This document shows positions 49,275-62,608 of a DNA stretch of 64,000 bases, piece after piece (position 1 is the first letter of the stretch; the number at the start of each line of letters is the position of its first letter). A program made the translations under genes and the position numbers. Below the pieces are notes generated by a model, which was not told the DNA's origin, did no database searches, and saw only the letters and a list, made by a program, of their open reading frames with translations. The DNA comes from Mobula birostris (taxonomy: Eukaryota): assembly GCF_030028105.1 (NCBI RefSeq), contig NC_092374.1, forward strand, positions 8,856,998-8,920,997, read 5' to 3'.

Positions 49275-49690
49275 GAATCCAACTCAGAACCCTGTACCTG
49301 CCTTCTCTCCATACCCCCTGATCCCTTTAGCCACAAGGGCCATATCTAACTCCCTCTTAAATATAGCCAATGAACTGGCCTCAACTGTTTCCTGTGGCAG
49401 AGAATTCCACAGATTCACCACTCTCTGTGTGAAGAAGTTTTTCCTAATCTCGGTCCTAAAAGGCTTCCCCTTTATCCTCAAACTGTGACCCCTCGTTCTG
49501 GACTTCCCCAACATCAGGAACAATCTTCCTACATCTAGCCTGTCCAATCCCTTTAGGATTTTATACGTTTCAATAAGATCCCCCCTCAATCTTCTAAATT
49601 CCAATGAGTATAAGCCTAGTGGATCCAGTCTTTCATCATATGAAAGTCCTGCCATCCCAGGAATCAATCTGGTGAACCTTCTTTGTACTC
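49275..49690 (-). mobile_element. CR1 3' fragment (different subfamily)
   Basis: VQRRFTRLIPGMAGLSYDERL..FFTQRVVNLWN. Confidence 0.85.
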
Positions 49691-50729
49691 CAATCTTTGA
49701 CTTCTTTGTCATCCCTTAATTTTCGACATTCCAACGTTCACATTTTCAGTTCGAAACTCCATCCGCTGCTCCTCAGCCCAGCTTTGCATCCTATCAATCT
49801 CCTGATGTTGCCTGCAACAATCTTCAACACTACCCACGACATCAGCAACCTTCATCTCATCTGCAGCTGACTAGCCCACACTTGCACTTCCTCATCCAAG
49901 TCATTTATAAAATTCTCAAAGAGCAGAGGTCCCAGAACAGCTCCCTGCAGACCACTACTGGGCACTGACCTGCAGCTAGAATACATTCCACCTGGTGATG
50001 GGATGGAGAATAGTGAACTGTAGCGGGAGGACTGTTAATGACAAAGTTACCGGTAGAAATGTTACAGTTCAAAGCTGAGCTGATTCCCTAATTACAGCAT
50101 CAGCTCACTGCTGCTGTACAAGTGCATTGTGAAGACTGTTAATCTCTAAATATCCCCTTCGTTAAAGGTCCATTCCTGTCAGTTTTAGTTCATGAGTCAT
50201 GACATCCAGGAAGTTTAGCTCCTTCCTCTCCAAGTCCAGGTTGCAGTGCGTGGTCCACTCAGTGAAGGAGATCATTGGCTGTCAGCTACCAACATTAGAA
50301 GACCTGTTCATTGCCAGAGCAGAGAAAAGAGCTGAAAAAATTGCTGCTGATTCCACCCATCCTAGCAGTCACTTATTCACCAGATTGCCATCAGGGAGAC
50401 GCTACAAGTCCATCACCACCAGGACTACACATAATCTCTGAATCCTCTTTCCTGTAGCTATCCAATTTCTTCACAAAACTCATTCAAGTGTAATACCCTA
50501 ACTGTCCCTGCGCAATATCCATTAAATTGTCTCTCCTGCCCTCCTTGTTCTGTTGATAATTATTGAGTCTGTTCATACGTTCACATTTATTTAAGTCTGA
50601 TTGTTAACATTTGTGCATGTGACCATTCTGCTAATTGTCAATTGCTCATAGCTGCTTGCACTTTTGACTTGTAAATGCACAAACACAAGAAAATCTGCAG
50701 ATGCTGGAAATCCAGGCAATACAGACAAA

Positions 50730-53700
50730 AACATAGAAACATAGAAAACCTACAGCACAATACAGGCCTTTCGGCCCACAAAGTTGTGCCGAACATGTCA
50801 CTACTTTAGAAATTACTAGGCTTACCCATAGCACTCTATTTTTCTAAGCTCCATGTACCTATCCAAGAGTCTCTTAAAAGACCCTATCGTATCCTCATCC
50901 ACTACCGTTGCCGGCAGCCCATTCCATGCACTCACCACTCTCTGCGTAAAGAACTTACCCCTGATATCTCCTCTGTACCTACTCCCCAGAACCTTAAATC
51001 TGTGTCCTCTTGTGGCAACCATTTCAGCCCTGGGAAAAAGCCTCTGACTATCCACATGATCAATGCCTCTCATCACCTTATATATTTCTATCAGGTCACC
51101 TCTCATCCTCCGTCGCTCCAAGGAGAAAAGGCCAAAATCATTCAACCTGTTTTAATAAGGCATGCTCCCCAATCCAGGTAACATCCTTGGAAATCTCCTC
51201 TGCACCCTTTCTATGGCTTCCACATTCTTCCTGTAGTGAGGCGACCAGAAGTGAGCACAGTACTCCAAGTGGGGTCTGACCAGGGTCCTATATAGCTGCA
51301 ACATTACCTCTCGGCTCCTAAATTCAATTCCACGATTAATGAAGGCCAATACACCATATGCCTTCTTAACCACACAGTCAACCTGCGCAGCTGCTTTGAG
51401 TGTCCTGTGGACTGGGACCCCAAGATCCCTCTGATCCTCTACACTGCCAAGAGTCTTACCAATAAATACTATATTCTGCCATCATATTTGACCTACCAAA
51501 ATGAACCACTTCACACTTATCTGGGTTGAACTCCATCTGCCACTTCTCAGCCCAGTTTTGCATCCTATCAATGTCCCGCTGTAACCTCTGACAGCCCTCC
51601 ACACTATCCACAACACTTCCAACCTTTGCGTCATCAGCAAACTTACTAACACATCCCTCCACTTCCTCATCCAGGTTACTTATAAAAATCATGAAGTGTA
51701 AGGGTCCCAGAACAGATCCCTGAGGCACTCCACTGACCTCCATGCAGAAAATAACCCATCTACAACCACTCTTTACCTTCTGTGGGCAAGCCAGTTCTGG
51801 ATCCACAAAGCAATGTCCCCTTGGATCCCATGCCTCCTTACTTTCTCAATAAGCCTTGCATGGGTACCTTGTCAAATGCCTTGCTGAAATCCATATACAC
51901 TACATCTACAGCTCTGCCTTCATCAATGTATTTAGTCACATCCTCAAAAAATTCAATCAGGCTCACAAGGCACGACCTGCCTTTGACAAAGCCATGCTGA
52001 CTACTCCTTATAATATTATACCTCTCCAAATGTTCATAAATCTTGCCCCTCAGGATCTTCTCCATCAATTTACCAACCACTGAAGTAAGACTCACTGGTC
52101 TATAATTTTCTGGACTATCTCTACTCCCTTTCTTGAATAAAGGAACAACATCCAATCCTCCAGAACTTCTCCCGTCCCCATTGATGATTCAAAGATCATC
52201 GCCAGAGGCTCAGTAATCTCCTCCCCCGCCTCCTGTAGTAGCCTGGGGTACATCTCATTCGGGCCCGGCGACTTATCCAACTTGATGCTTTCCAAAAGCT
52301 CCAGCACATTCTCTTTCTTAATATCTACATCCTCAAGCTTTTCAGTCTGCTGCAAGTCATCACTACAATCACTAAGATCCTTTTCCATAGTAAATATTGA
52401 AGTAAAGTATTCATTAAGTACCTCTGCTATTTCCTCTGGCTCCATACACACTTTCCCACTGTCACACTTGATAGGTCCTATTCTTTCATGTCTTATCCTC
52501 TTGCTCTTCATATACTTGTAGAATGCCTTGGGGTTTTTCTTAATCCTGCCTGCCAAGGCCTTCTCATGGCCCCTTCTGGCTCTCCTAATTTCCTTCTTAA
52601 GCTCCTTCCTATTAGCCTTATAATCTTCTAGATCTCTAACATTACCTAGCTCTCTGAACCTTTTATAAGCTTTTCTTTTCTTCTTGACTAGATTTATTAC
52701 AGCCTTTGTACACCACGGTTCCTGTACCCTACCATAACTTCCCCGTCTCATTGGAGCGTACCTATGCAGAACTCCACACAAACGCTTTTCTAGCTTGTCT
52801 GTTCCTATCTCTCTCCAATGCTATTGTAAAGGAGATAGGATTATGATCACTATCTCCAAAATGCTCTCCCACTGAGAGATCTGACATCTGACCAGGTTCA
52901 TTTCCCAATACCAGATCAAGTACAGCCTCTCCTTTTGTTGGCTTATCTACATATTGTGTCAAGGAACCTTCCTGAATACAACTAACAAACTCCACCCTAT
53001 CTAAACCCCTTGCTCTAGGGAGATGCCAATCGATATTTGGGAAATGAAAATCTCCTATCACGACAACTCTGTTATTATTACAGCTTTCCAGGGTCTGTTT
53101 CCCTATCTGCTCCTCGATATCCCTGTTACTATTGGGCAGCCTATAAAAAGCACCCAGTAAAGGTATTGGCCCTTCCTGTTCCTAACCTCCACCCACAGAG
53201 ACTCCGTAGACAATCCCTCCATGACTTCCACCTTTTCTGCAGCCATGACACTATCTCTGATCAGCAGTGCCACGCCCCATCTCTTTTGCCTCCCTCCCTG
53301 TCCTTTCTGAAACATCTAAAACCCGGCACTTGAAGGAACCATTCCTGTCCCTGAGCCATCCAAGTCGCTGTAATGGCCACCACATCATAGTTCCAAGTAC
53401 TGATCCACGCTCTAAGCTCATCCCCTTTGTTCACAATACTCCTTGCATTAAATAGACACATCTCAAACCGTCCATCTGAGCGCGTCCCTTCTCGATCACC
53501 TGCCTGTCCTCCCTCGCACACTGTCTCCAAGCTTTCTCTATTTGTGAGCCAACCGCCTCTTCCCCAGTTCTCTTCGGTTCGGTTCCCACCCCCCAACAGT
53601 TCTAGTTTAAACTCTCCCCAGCAGCCTTAGCAAACTGCCCTTTTTGTACATGTCATACCTGCCCCAAAAGAGGTCCCAATGATCCAGAAATCTGAATCCC

Positions 53701-53998
53701 TGCCCCCTGCTCCAATCCCTCAGCCATGCAGTTATCCTCCACCTCATTCTATTCCTATACTCACTGTTGTGTGGCACAGGCAGTAATCTCTGATACTCCG
53801 AGATTACTACCTGTGCGGTCCTGTTTCTCAACTTCCTTCCTAACTCCCTCTAGTCTGTTTTCAGGACCTCTTCCCTTTTCCTTCCTATGCCGCTGCTACC
53901 AATATGTACCACCACCTCTGGCTGTTCTCCCTCCAACTGCAGGGTATCTTGGACACGATCTGAAACATCCCGGACCCTAGCACCTGGGAGGCAAACTA
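50730..53998 (-). mobile_element. Degraded long CR1 (ORF1 SGNH esterase part, endonuclease, RT, tail)
   Basis: Frameshifted fragments LDHWDLFWGR, FNARSI, GDFHFPNIDW, SDH, QHGF, PQGSVLGP, FADD; aaacatag tail. Confidence 0.92.
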
Positions 53999-54479
53999 CC
54001 ATCCGAGGATCTCAGCAGGCCAGGCAGTATCTCTGGAAAAGAGTAAACAGTCGAGACTTGGGCCGAGTTTCAGTCAACGTGGCCCGAAACGTTGACTGTT
54101 TACTCTTTTCCATAGATACTGCCTGGCCTGCTGTGTTGCTCCAGCATTCTCCCTGTGTCTTCTGTATTGTTGGTTGTCATAGTCTTGTGGTGTCCCATGG
54201 TGTTATGCCTGGCACTGTAACACAATGAACTCTAGTATGTCTCACATACTGGCAATAAAATGATTCTGATTTCCTGAGACTGCAACAACTTCCTCCAGCA
54301 TTTCACCTTAACTTTAAAACTTGTTCTGCTACATTTTCCAAAGAAAGCAGCCAAAACCTGTCTCATGGGAAACAGTAAACATGATGATTAGCCCACACAA
54401 AATGTGCCAGAGGAACCCAGCAAGACAGAGATCATCCACGGAGAGGAATAGAGTCGATGTTTTGGGCCAAGACCCTTTA

Positions 54480-55157
54480 TTAGATTAGATTATGAGAACA
54501 CTCAGTCCTCTTTTTATTGTCATTTAGAAATGCATACATGCATTAAGAAATGATACAATGTTTCTCCGGAGCAATATCACAGAAAACAGAACAAACCAAA
54601 GACTAACACTGACAGAACCACATAGTTATAACATATAGTTACAGCAGTGCAAAGCAGTACCATAATTTGATGAAGAACAAACCATGGGAACTGTAAAAAA
54701 AAGTCTCAAAGTCTCCAAGTCGAATGACTCCCGAGTCCCCGATAGCAGGCGGCAAAAGGGAGAAACTCCCTGCCATAAACCTCCAGGCACCATCAACTTG
54801 CCGATACCTTGGAAGCAGCTGACCACAGCCGACACTGAGTCCATCCGTCCGAAAACTTCAAGCTCCCGACCAGCCTCTCCGATACAGCCTCCCGAGCGCC
54901 ATCCTCTGCCGAGCGCCTTCGACCTCTCCCCGGCCGCTGAAACACGCAAAACCGAGGATTTCAGGGCCTTCAGCTCCAGAGATTCCAGTTACCACACAGT
55001 AGCAACGGCAGGGAAGCAGGCATTTAAGAAGTTTTCCAGATGTTCCTCCGTACTCTCACGTCTGTCTCCATCAAATCAGGATTGTGCATGGTCCCCTACT
55101 TGACAGATTACAGACATCACCACCGAAGTGACCACGCGCGCCGCCATCTTCTCCTCC
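54480..55157 (-). mobile_element. Same non-coding repeat, copy 3
   Basis: Minus strand starts AAGATGGCGGCG; (TAATC)n tail. Confidence 0.7.
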
Positions 55158-55159
55158 CT

Positions 55160-55665
55160 CAGAATGTGAAAGAAAGGGATCAGAATAAGAAAGTGGGCAG
55201 AGCGGAGGGACTAGCAGTGAGAGATGAGACAAGGTGAGGGGGAAGGTGGGTGAGTGGGGAAGGGGATGAAGTCAGCAGCTGGGAGGTGATAGGTGGAAGA
55301 GGTAAAAGACTGAAGAAAGATGAATCTGATAGGACAGGAGAGTGCACCATGGGAGAAAGGGAAGGAGGAGGGGCACCAGAGGGAGGTGATAGGTAGGTGA
55401 GGAGAATAGAACTGGTAAGAGGGGAGCCAGACTGGGGATGGATAATGAGAGAAGGGGAAGGGGAGAAATTATTGGAAGTTGGAGAATTGATGCACATGCC
55501 ACCAGGTTGGAGGTTACCCAAGAGGAATATGAGGTGATGTTCCTCCAACCCAAGTGCGGTCTCATTGTAGGAGTAGAGGAGGACATGGACCGACATGCTG
55601 GAATGGGAATGGGGAGTGGAGTGAAAATGGGTGGCCACCAAGAAACCCTCCATGTTGCAGACAAA
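55160..55665 (-). mobile_element. Penelope-like 3' fragment
   Basis: LVATHFHSTPHSHSSMSVHVLLYSYNETALGLEEHHL GIY-YIG C-terminus plus purine tract. Confidence 0.7.
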
Positions 55666-55899
55666 GCAAGGGTGCTTCTGTTGCAGGAAGTTAAAAGCCT
55701 AGAGGTGGGTTTGCCAATGAGACTTTGACCTAAAGCTCTGATCTTGTTGCATCCCTGATATCCTCATTTACATTTGGCAGGGAAATCATGGTGAAGGATG
55801 TTTGTCAACATTAAATAGAAAGATGATTATCTACATGTTTTTCTATACACTGCAGAAATGCAAACTGGTTTAATACCAGATCCTTGTCTACCAAAAATC

Positions 55900-56390
55900 T
55901 TCCGCACGGTGACTGTTGGTATTGGTTAATTAATATTATAGTCACATGTCCCAAGATGCAGTGAAAAGCCTGTCTTGTACATTGTTTATACACATCATAT
56001 TGTATTGCAGTAGAACAAGGTAAAACAATGACAATGCAGAATAAACTGTAAATGCTACCAAAACTGTGCAGTGCAGTAAACAATAAAATGCAAGATCTTG
56101 ATGAGGTAGATTGTGAGGCCAAGACTGTACACGTGATGCATTCCAGTGTCTGGTAACAGCGGAGTAGAAACTGTACGTGAAGCTGGTGGGACGTGCTTTC
56201 AGACTTTTGTCCCTTCTGCCCGATGGGAGAGGGGAGAAGAGAGAATGTCTGGGGCGGGTGGGACCTTTGATTATGCTGGCTGCTTTACTGAGGCAGCGAG
56301 AAGTACAGACCGAGTCCATAAAGAGGAGGCTGGTTCTTGTGGGTGCTGAGCTGTGACCACAACTCTCTGCTGTTTCCTGTAGTCAGATAC
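55900..56390 (-). mobile_element. Rex1-like 3' fragment
   Basis: RCLSKAASIIKGPTRPRHSLFSPLPSGRR. Confidence 0.7.
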
Positions 56391-57189
56391 AGAGCAGATG
56401 GGAAGGACTGGAGGACATAGTGAGAGGCGGGTTTTTGTTATACAGAGAGTGGTGGGTGTTTAGAACAGGCTGTCAGGAGTCAAAGTAGATAGAGGTGCTT
56501 AAGGCAGAGGCCAAACTATCGAGTATATTTAAAGCGGAGATTGATAGGTTTTTGATTAGTCCGGACATCAAAGGTTAGGGGGAGAAGGCAGAAAAATGGG
56601 TTTGAGAGATATAATAAATCAGCCATGATGGAATAACAGAGTGGACTCGATGGGCCAAATGGCCTAATACGACTTCTATGTTTTATAGTGTTAAGAGGCT
56701 TTGGACAAGACACACGGGGTGGCGGGGGGCGGGGGGGGGGATATAGGTCATGTGCAGATAGAAGGGATTTAGTTTAATTTGGCATTGTGCTCAGCAGTGA
56801 TACCATGAGGCAAATGGCCTTCTCCTGTGCTGTACTGTTCTGTGTAATCCCGGTGGACCAGAGATCCTGGTTGGTACTTGTGATGTCAGTGCTTTCCGGG
56901 GGCACGTTAACACCCAGCAAGAAAGTGGTTTCTGTGGGACTAACAGTGGATCTAGTGATGCTTGCTGAGGACAGGGTCACATGAGCAGAAATGGGTGCTC
57001 TGGGAGAGCTACATGGGAAGGAGCCACTAACCTTCTCTTTCCTCTCGACTATTGGTTCAAGCTGCACTCTGGAGAATTAAAAGAAATAAAGGGCATAGGT
57101 TTAAGGTGAGAGGGGAAAGATTTATTTTTATTTATTTATTGAGATACAGCTGGAGTAGGCCCTATCTGGCCCTTCAAGCCTCGCTGGCC

Positions 57190-57410
57190 GCAACCCCCGA
57201 CATAATCCTAGCCTAATCATGGGACAGTTTACAATAACAAATTAACCTACCAACCAGTACATCTTTAAACTGTGGGTTGAAACCTGAGCACCCGAAGGAA
57301 ATCCATGCAGTCACGGGGATGATGAACAGTGCGAGCACCTTACAGACAGTGGTGGGTATTGAACTTAGGTCGCTAGTACTGTAAAGCGTTATGCTAACCA
57401 CTATGCTAGG
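57190..57410 (-). mobile_element. V-SINE (HE1-like)
   Basis: Reverse complement of the head and V-domain. Confidence 0.65.
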
Positions 57411-57971
57411 GGCTTGAGGGGCAACCCTTTTATACAAAGAGTGGTGTCTATGTGGAATGAGAAAGTTTAATGACTGAGCAGCAGTATAATACAATGCATA
57501 GGAAGTTACTAAGTTACAATAAGAAATACTGTATAATTTTTAAAAATAAATAGGTAGTGTAAAAAGAGCAAAATAGTGGATGGTATGGATTGGTTCATGG
57601 ACCATTCAAAAATCGAATGGTGGATGGGAAGAAGCTGTTCCTGAATCACTGGGTGTGTGTCTTCAGGCTTTTGTACCTCCCCTCTGATGGTAACAATAAG
57701 AAGGATGCATGTCCTGGGTGTTTGGGTCCCCAATGATGGATGCCACCTTTTTCAAGCATCACCTTTTGATGAATTGCATTGAATTGACTTTATTACCTTT
57801 ATATACACGAGGAGTAAAAATCTTTACGTTACATCTCCATCTAAATATGCAATGTGCAATTTATAGTAAATTATAATAAATAGTATTTACAACAGGATAA
57901 TCAATATAACACAGAAATACAGTTGTGTCAGCATGAGTTAAACAATCTGATGGCCTGGTGGAAGAAGCTGT

Positions 57972-59735
57972 CCCACAGAGGTAGTAATGGGGAATGAGGA
58001 AATGGCGGATGAACTGAGAAGTATTTTGCATCCGTCTTCAGAGTGGAAGACACTAGCAGTCTGGTGGAAGTTCCAGGTGCCAAGGGATATGAAGTGTGTG
58101 AAATTACCAAAACTAGATACAACGTTCTTGGGAAACTGAAGAGTCTGAAGGTAGATAAGTTACCTGCACCAGATGGTGTACACCCCAGAGTTCTGAAAGA
58201 GGTGGCTGAAGAGATCATGGAGGCATTAGTAATGATCGTTCAAGAATCCCTAGATTCTGGAATGGTCCCGGAAGACTGGAAAATTGCGAATGGCACTCCA
58301 CTCTTCAAGAAGAGAGAAAGGCAGAAGAAAGGAAACTATAGACCAGTTGGTCTTAACTCAGTGGTTGGGAAGATGTTGGAATCGATTATTGATGATGAGG
58401 TCTCGGGGTACTTGGAGGCACATGATAAAATAGGCCGTAGTCAGCATGGTTTCCTCAGGGAAAATCTTGCCTAACAAATCTATTGGAATTCTTTGATGAA
58501 ATAACAGGCAGGATAGACAAAGGAGAATCGCTTCATGTTGTGTACTTGGATATTCAGAAGGCCTTTGACAAGGTGCTGGACATGAGGCTGCTTAATAAGC
58601 TACAAGTCCATGGTATTGCAGGAAAGTTTCTAGAGTAGATAAAGCAGTGATTGATTGGCAGGAGGTAAAGAATGGGAATGAAGGGAACCTTTTCTGACTC
58701 GCTGCCGGTGACTAGTGGTGTTCTACAGGAGTCTGTGTTGGGACTGATTCTTTCTACGTTTTATGTCAGTGATTTGCATGGTGAAATTGATGGCTTTATT
58801 GCAAAGCTTGCGATGATATGGAGGTCGGTAGAGGGGCAGGTAGTCATGAGGAAGTAGAAACCACAGAAGGACTTAGATTAAGAAAATGGGCAAAGAAATG
58901 GCAGATGGAATACAGTGTTGGTAAGTGTATGGTCTGCACTTTGGTAGAAGAAATGAAAGGGTTGACTATTTTCTAAGTGGAGAGAAAATACAAAAAAAAA
59001 AGTGAGGTGCAAAGGGACTTGGGAGTCCTTGTGCAGGATTCCCTGAAGGTTAATTTGCAGGTTGAGTCTGTGGTGAGGAAGGCAAATGTAATGCTAGCAT
59101 TCATTTCAAGAGGACTAGAATATAAAAGCAAGGATGCAATGTTGAAACTTTATAAAGCCCTGATGAGACCTCACGGAGTATTATGAGCAGGTTTGGGCCC
59201 CTTATCTGAGAAAGGATGTGCTGAAACTGGAGAGGGTTCAAAGGAGGTTCATGAAGATGATTCCAGGAATGAATGGCTTGTCATATGAAGAGCGTCTGAC
59301 AGCTCTGAGCCTGTGTTCACTAGAATTCAGAAGAATGAGGAGTGACCTCATTGAAGCCTTCAGAAGAATGAGGAGTGACCTCATTGAAGCCTATCTAATG
59401 ATGTAAGGCTTTGATAGAGTGGATGTAGAGAGAATGTTTCTTATGTTGGGAGAGTCTAAGACCAGGGGACACAGCCCCAGAATGGAGGGACATTTTATGG
59501 AGATGAGAAGGCATTTCTTTAACTAGAGAGTGGTGAATCTGTGGAATTCTTTGTCACAGGTTGTAGTGAAGGCCACGTATCTATGTATATTTAAGGCAGA
59601 GGTTGATAGATTCTTAATTGTTCTGGGCATGAAGACATATTGGGAGAAGGCAGGAGACTGGGGTTGAGAGGAAAATTGGATCAGCCTTGATAAAATTGCG
59701 GAGAAGAAACAATGAGCCAAAATGGCCTAATTCTT
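57972..59735 (+). mobile_element. CR1 ORF2 3' half, degraded
   Basis: APDGVHPRVLKE..WKIANGTPLFKK..QHGF; SGVLQESVLG; LERVQRRF. Confidence 0.88.
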
Positions 59736-60582
59736 ACGGTCTTATACCAAATCTCATCAAACAGATACAATTGTTTCTGTCTTCAGTGTTCCGGTTAGAA
59801 CATTTGCTACTACCACCAAGGTTCGCAGCTATAGCAGCTCCTCCGGGGCCTAGGCTTCTGTGCTCACTGCAGCGTGTCTCCCACTTGCTGCTGCATAGCT
59901 CCCGCGGGCATTGCTCCTCTCTGTCAGCGACGGCTGGGTATGGTCCCGACGGGCTGTGTTGATCAGGGCCCAACATGCAACCAAAGACAACTTTCAATAA
60001 TTATAAAAAAAAAAATTATATAAAATGAAGTTAGACATTAAACTACAGGTATGGAATATTTGTTTTCATAAATACCAGTAGGTACTGTGTTTACAATGTA
60101 GACAACACTATAAAAGGTGGTTTAAGGTGTTCACAGGATAGAAGTTGAATGGTCGACCAGATTAACTGTCTGAGGGAGAAGCTTTTAAAATGACATTAAG
60201 TTTTTGTTTTAATAGCCCTACAGTATTTTCCAATAGGGAGCTTTTGGAAAAAGCAGTTTGTTTGCAATGATTTTTCCTGCCTGTTTCTTTATCCTGGGCA
60301 TACACAAGTCCTGCAGTGACGGTAAACTGCAGCCAATGACCTTTTCTGCCGACCTGACAGTTTCCTGTTGGTTTTCTATATTGTGAGAGAAATTTGATTG
60401 ATTCTGAAGTGATTTGAAGTCTGCAGAAACCTATTCCCGCCTACGAATTGTCTGGACTTACCCAAATTTGAATGTTAGACGGCGGGCTGAACGTACGTGG
60501 GAGGAAAATGTTATTGCTGAGATTGGTTTTGACACAAAACAAAATACCGCCAGGGCTCCGGGGAGCTGGGAGAGGGCAGTGG

Positions 60583-60662
60583 CGGGGATTTCACGCCACT
60601 TGCCTTTCAGAAGCCAGGCTGGGGTCGCTGATGAGTGGGGTTCCCCTCAATGGGGTTTCCCC
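60583..60662. promoter_or_regulatory. Cluster of three NF-kB-like sites
   Basis: GGGGATTTCAC 60583-60593, GGGGTTCCCC 60637-60646 and GGGGTTTCCCC 60652-60662 within 80 bp of GC/CpG-rich sequence. Confidence 0.45.
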
Positions 60663-62462
60663 ATTCAGGCGCGCCCTGTCGCGTGCCCCATGCAGTGTTT
60701 GCTAAACTCAGGACGCCAAACAAAAATAATCAGAAAACTGGTACATCAAGATTAGGAGTTCCTTCTAACGGGGAGTGTCATCAACAAATAAATTAACCGC
60801 TGGACGCGCAAACAGTTCCCGACCTGGTTCCCTCGAGTTATGAGACAGGGGCTTGTACGCTGCAGTCACTGCTGCCATTGAAAGCTTTCACATGCGCTGT
60901 CGAGAGCAATCTTGTCTTCAAGTTCTTTCAACTGTACAAATGAACGCCGCCAAACGAAACAACGTTCCTCCGAACCTATGGACACAACGTATAACTCGCA
61001 CACAAAACACATAAAGTAACATTACTATAAATAACAACAAATCTCAAGGTGCATATAAGATACAAGTTCAAATGTACACAGTATGACCTTACTGGCGCTT
61101 CATACGTGATGAGACGTGGGTGGTGGCAGGCGGTTCAGTAGTCTCACGGCCTTGGGGGGAAGGAGCTGTTTCCCATACTAACAGGCCCTGCCCTAATGCT
61201 ACGGTACCTCCTGCCTAATGGTGGGGAGTCAAAGAGATTGTGTTGGGTTTTATCTCGCCTCTGTAAATGCTGCAAACAGCTGGCAGTTCAGGCAACATCT
61301 GCCGAGTGAGAAACACCTCCCACTCCACAAAAAAATGAATCTCAGGGGTGTAATAATGCACTCCAACAATAAATTTACTATGAACTTTGTACACCTATTG
61401 TTTCCGGTTAGTTAAGATGGACAGTAATAGTTTTTTTTTCCCCCAGCGTAAAATATTCCAAGACTAGATGGCGGGGTTCACTGTCAGAGGGGTAACATTT
61501 GAAAGGGGCCCGAGGGGCAACTTTTTGAGTTTCAGCTTTAAGAGGAAGAGGTTGAGGGGGTAAAATAGTATCATTTAAGAAGCATTTGGATAGGTACATG
61601 GAACGGGGATGCGCCTGGATATGGGACCAACGCAGGAAATTGGGACCAGAGAACGCTTACAACGTACTAAGGACTTTTCCCCGGCCCAAAACATCGACTG
61701 TTTATTCCCTCTCCATAGATGCTGCCCATCTTGTTGAGCTCCTCCAGCATTTTGAGCTCCTCACTCTGGAGTTCCAGCATCTGCCCAATCCCTTGTGTTT
61801 ATAAATTGGGACCAGAAGGTGGTCGTTGGGCCGAAGGGTCTATATCCGTGCTGAATTCTGTTGAAGGGATTACTGGATTGGAGATTCCTAAAGGTTCCTG
61901 ACCATCTACTCTGGGTTCCCTACTATCAATCATCCCGCTGGATTTTCCCTTCACCTTCAGACCCAGTGACCTCTGCGATTGTATAGAAAGCCTCATCCTC
62001 TGAGATCCACTTTCTTCTGAATGCAATGTTTTTTCCCCTGAAGGTTTCTCCCCTCGTTCCTCGTGGCAGACAGAATGGCTTGAAATTAATGAGGTAATGT
62101 TGCACACGTTACCTGACCTGCTTCCTGTTTTAAACAGTTTAAGAAAAATTACCCTTGGAATTTCCGAAGAGGAAGACTGTATCGCACATTCTATCTTTGG
62201 AGGAGTTAGATAAGGTTAGGTTACCCTTTGGTTTTGCACTTCAGAATTCCTGAACGCCCTGGAGACAGGAAAGTCTCCGGAGTTGCCGCGCGTTCAGCCG
62301 GCCACAGTTGCTTTTTATTTTGAGGGAAGCGGGGAGAGTTGGAGAGGCCGGAAGAGTCTCGCTCTCGGGCAGTGCCGATATCAGCGACGGAGCCGGTCGG
62401 ATCAGTCCCGCGTGGAGGTGGGGCACTTGACCAGTCTTTCACCCTTCACCGGGAGTTAAACG

Positions 62463-62515
62463 GGGGACTTCACACAAGACACAGGAAGCTGACAGCAGCT
62501 TCACTTTCGGTTTTT
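62463..62515 (+). promoter_or_regulatory. Candidate immune promoter module: kB-like, ETS and IRF/ISRE sites
   Basis: GGGGACTTCAC 62463-62473, CAGGAAG 62482-62488, TTCACTTTCGGTTTTT 62500-62515 (reverse AAAAACCGAAAGTGAA), about 95-145 nt upstream of the ATG. Confidence 0.5.
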
Positions 62516-62608
62516 GCGACATCAGAGAGGGGAAGAGAGCGACGCAGTTTGCCGCCCTGCATAGTCGCCGAGTCTCCGAGACAGCGCGCCCGAGTCCACG
62601 GTGTGAGG

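Noticed and set aside
59319-59392. ~30-bp tandem duplication within a CR1
   Set aside because: An ordinary slippage event in a decayed repeat.
59760-59990. GC-rich segment with an acceptor-like site and ORFs on both strands
   Set aside because: No motif or homology recognisable; could be an unclassified repeat.
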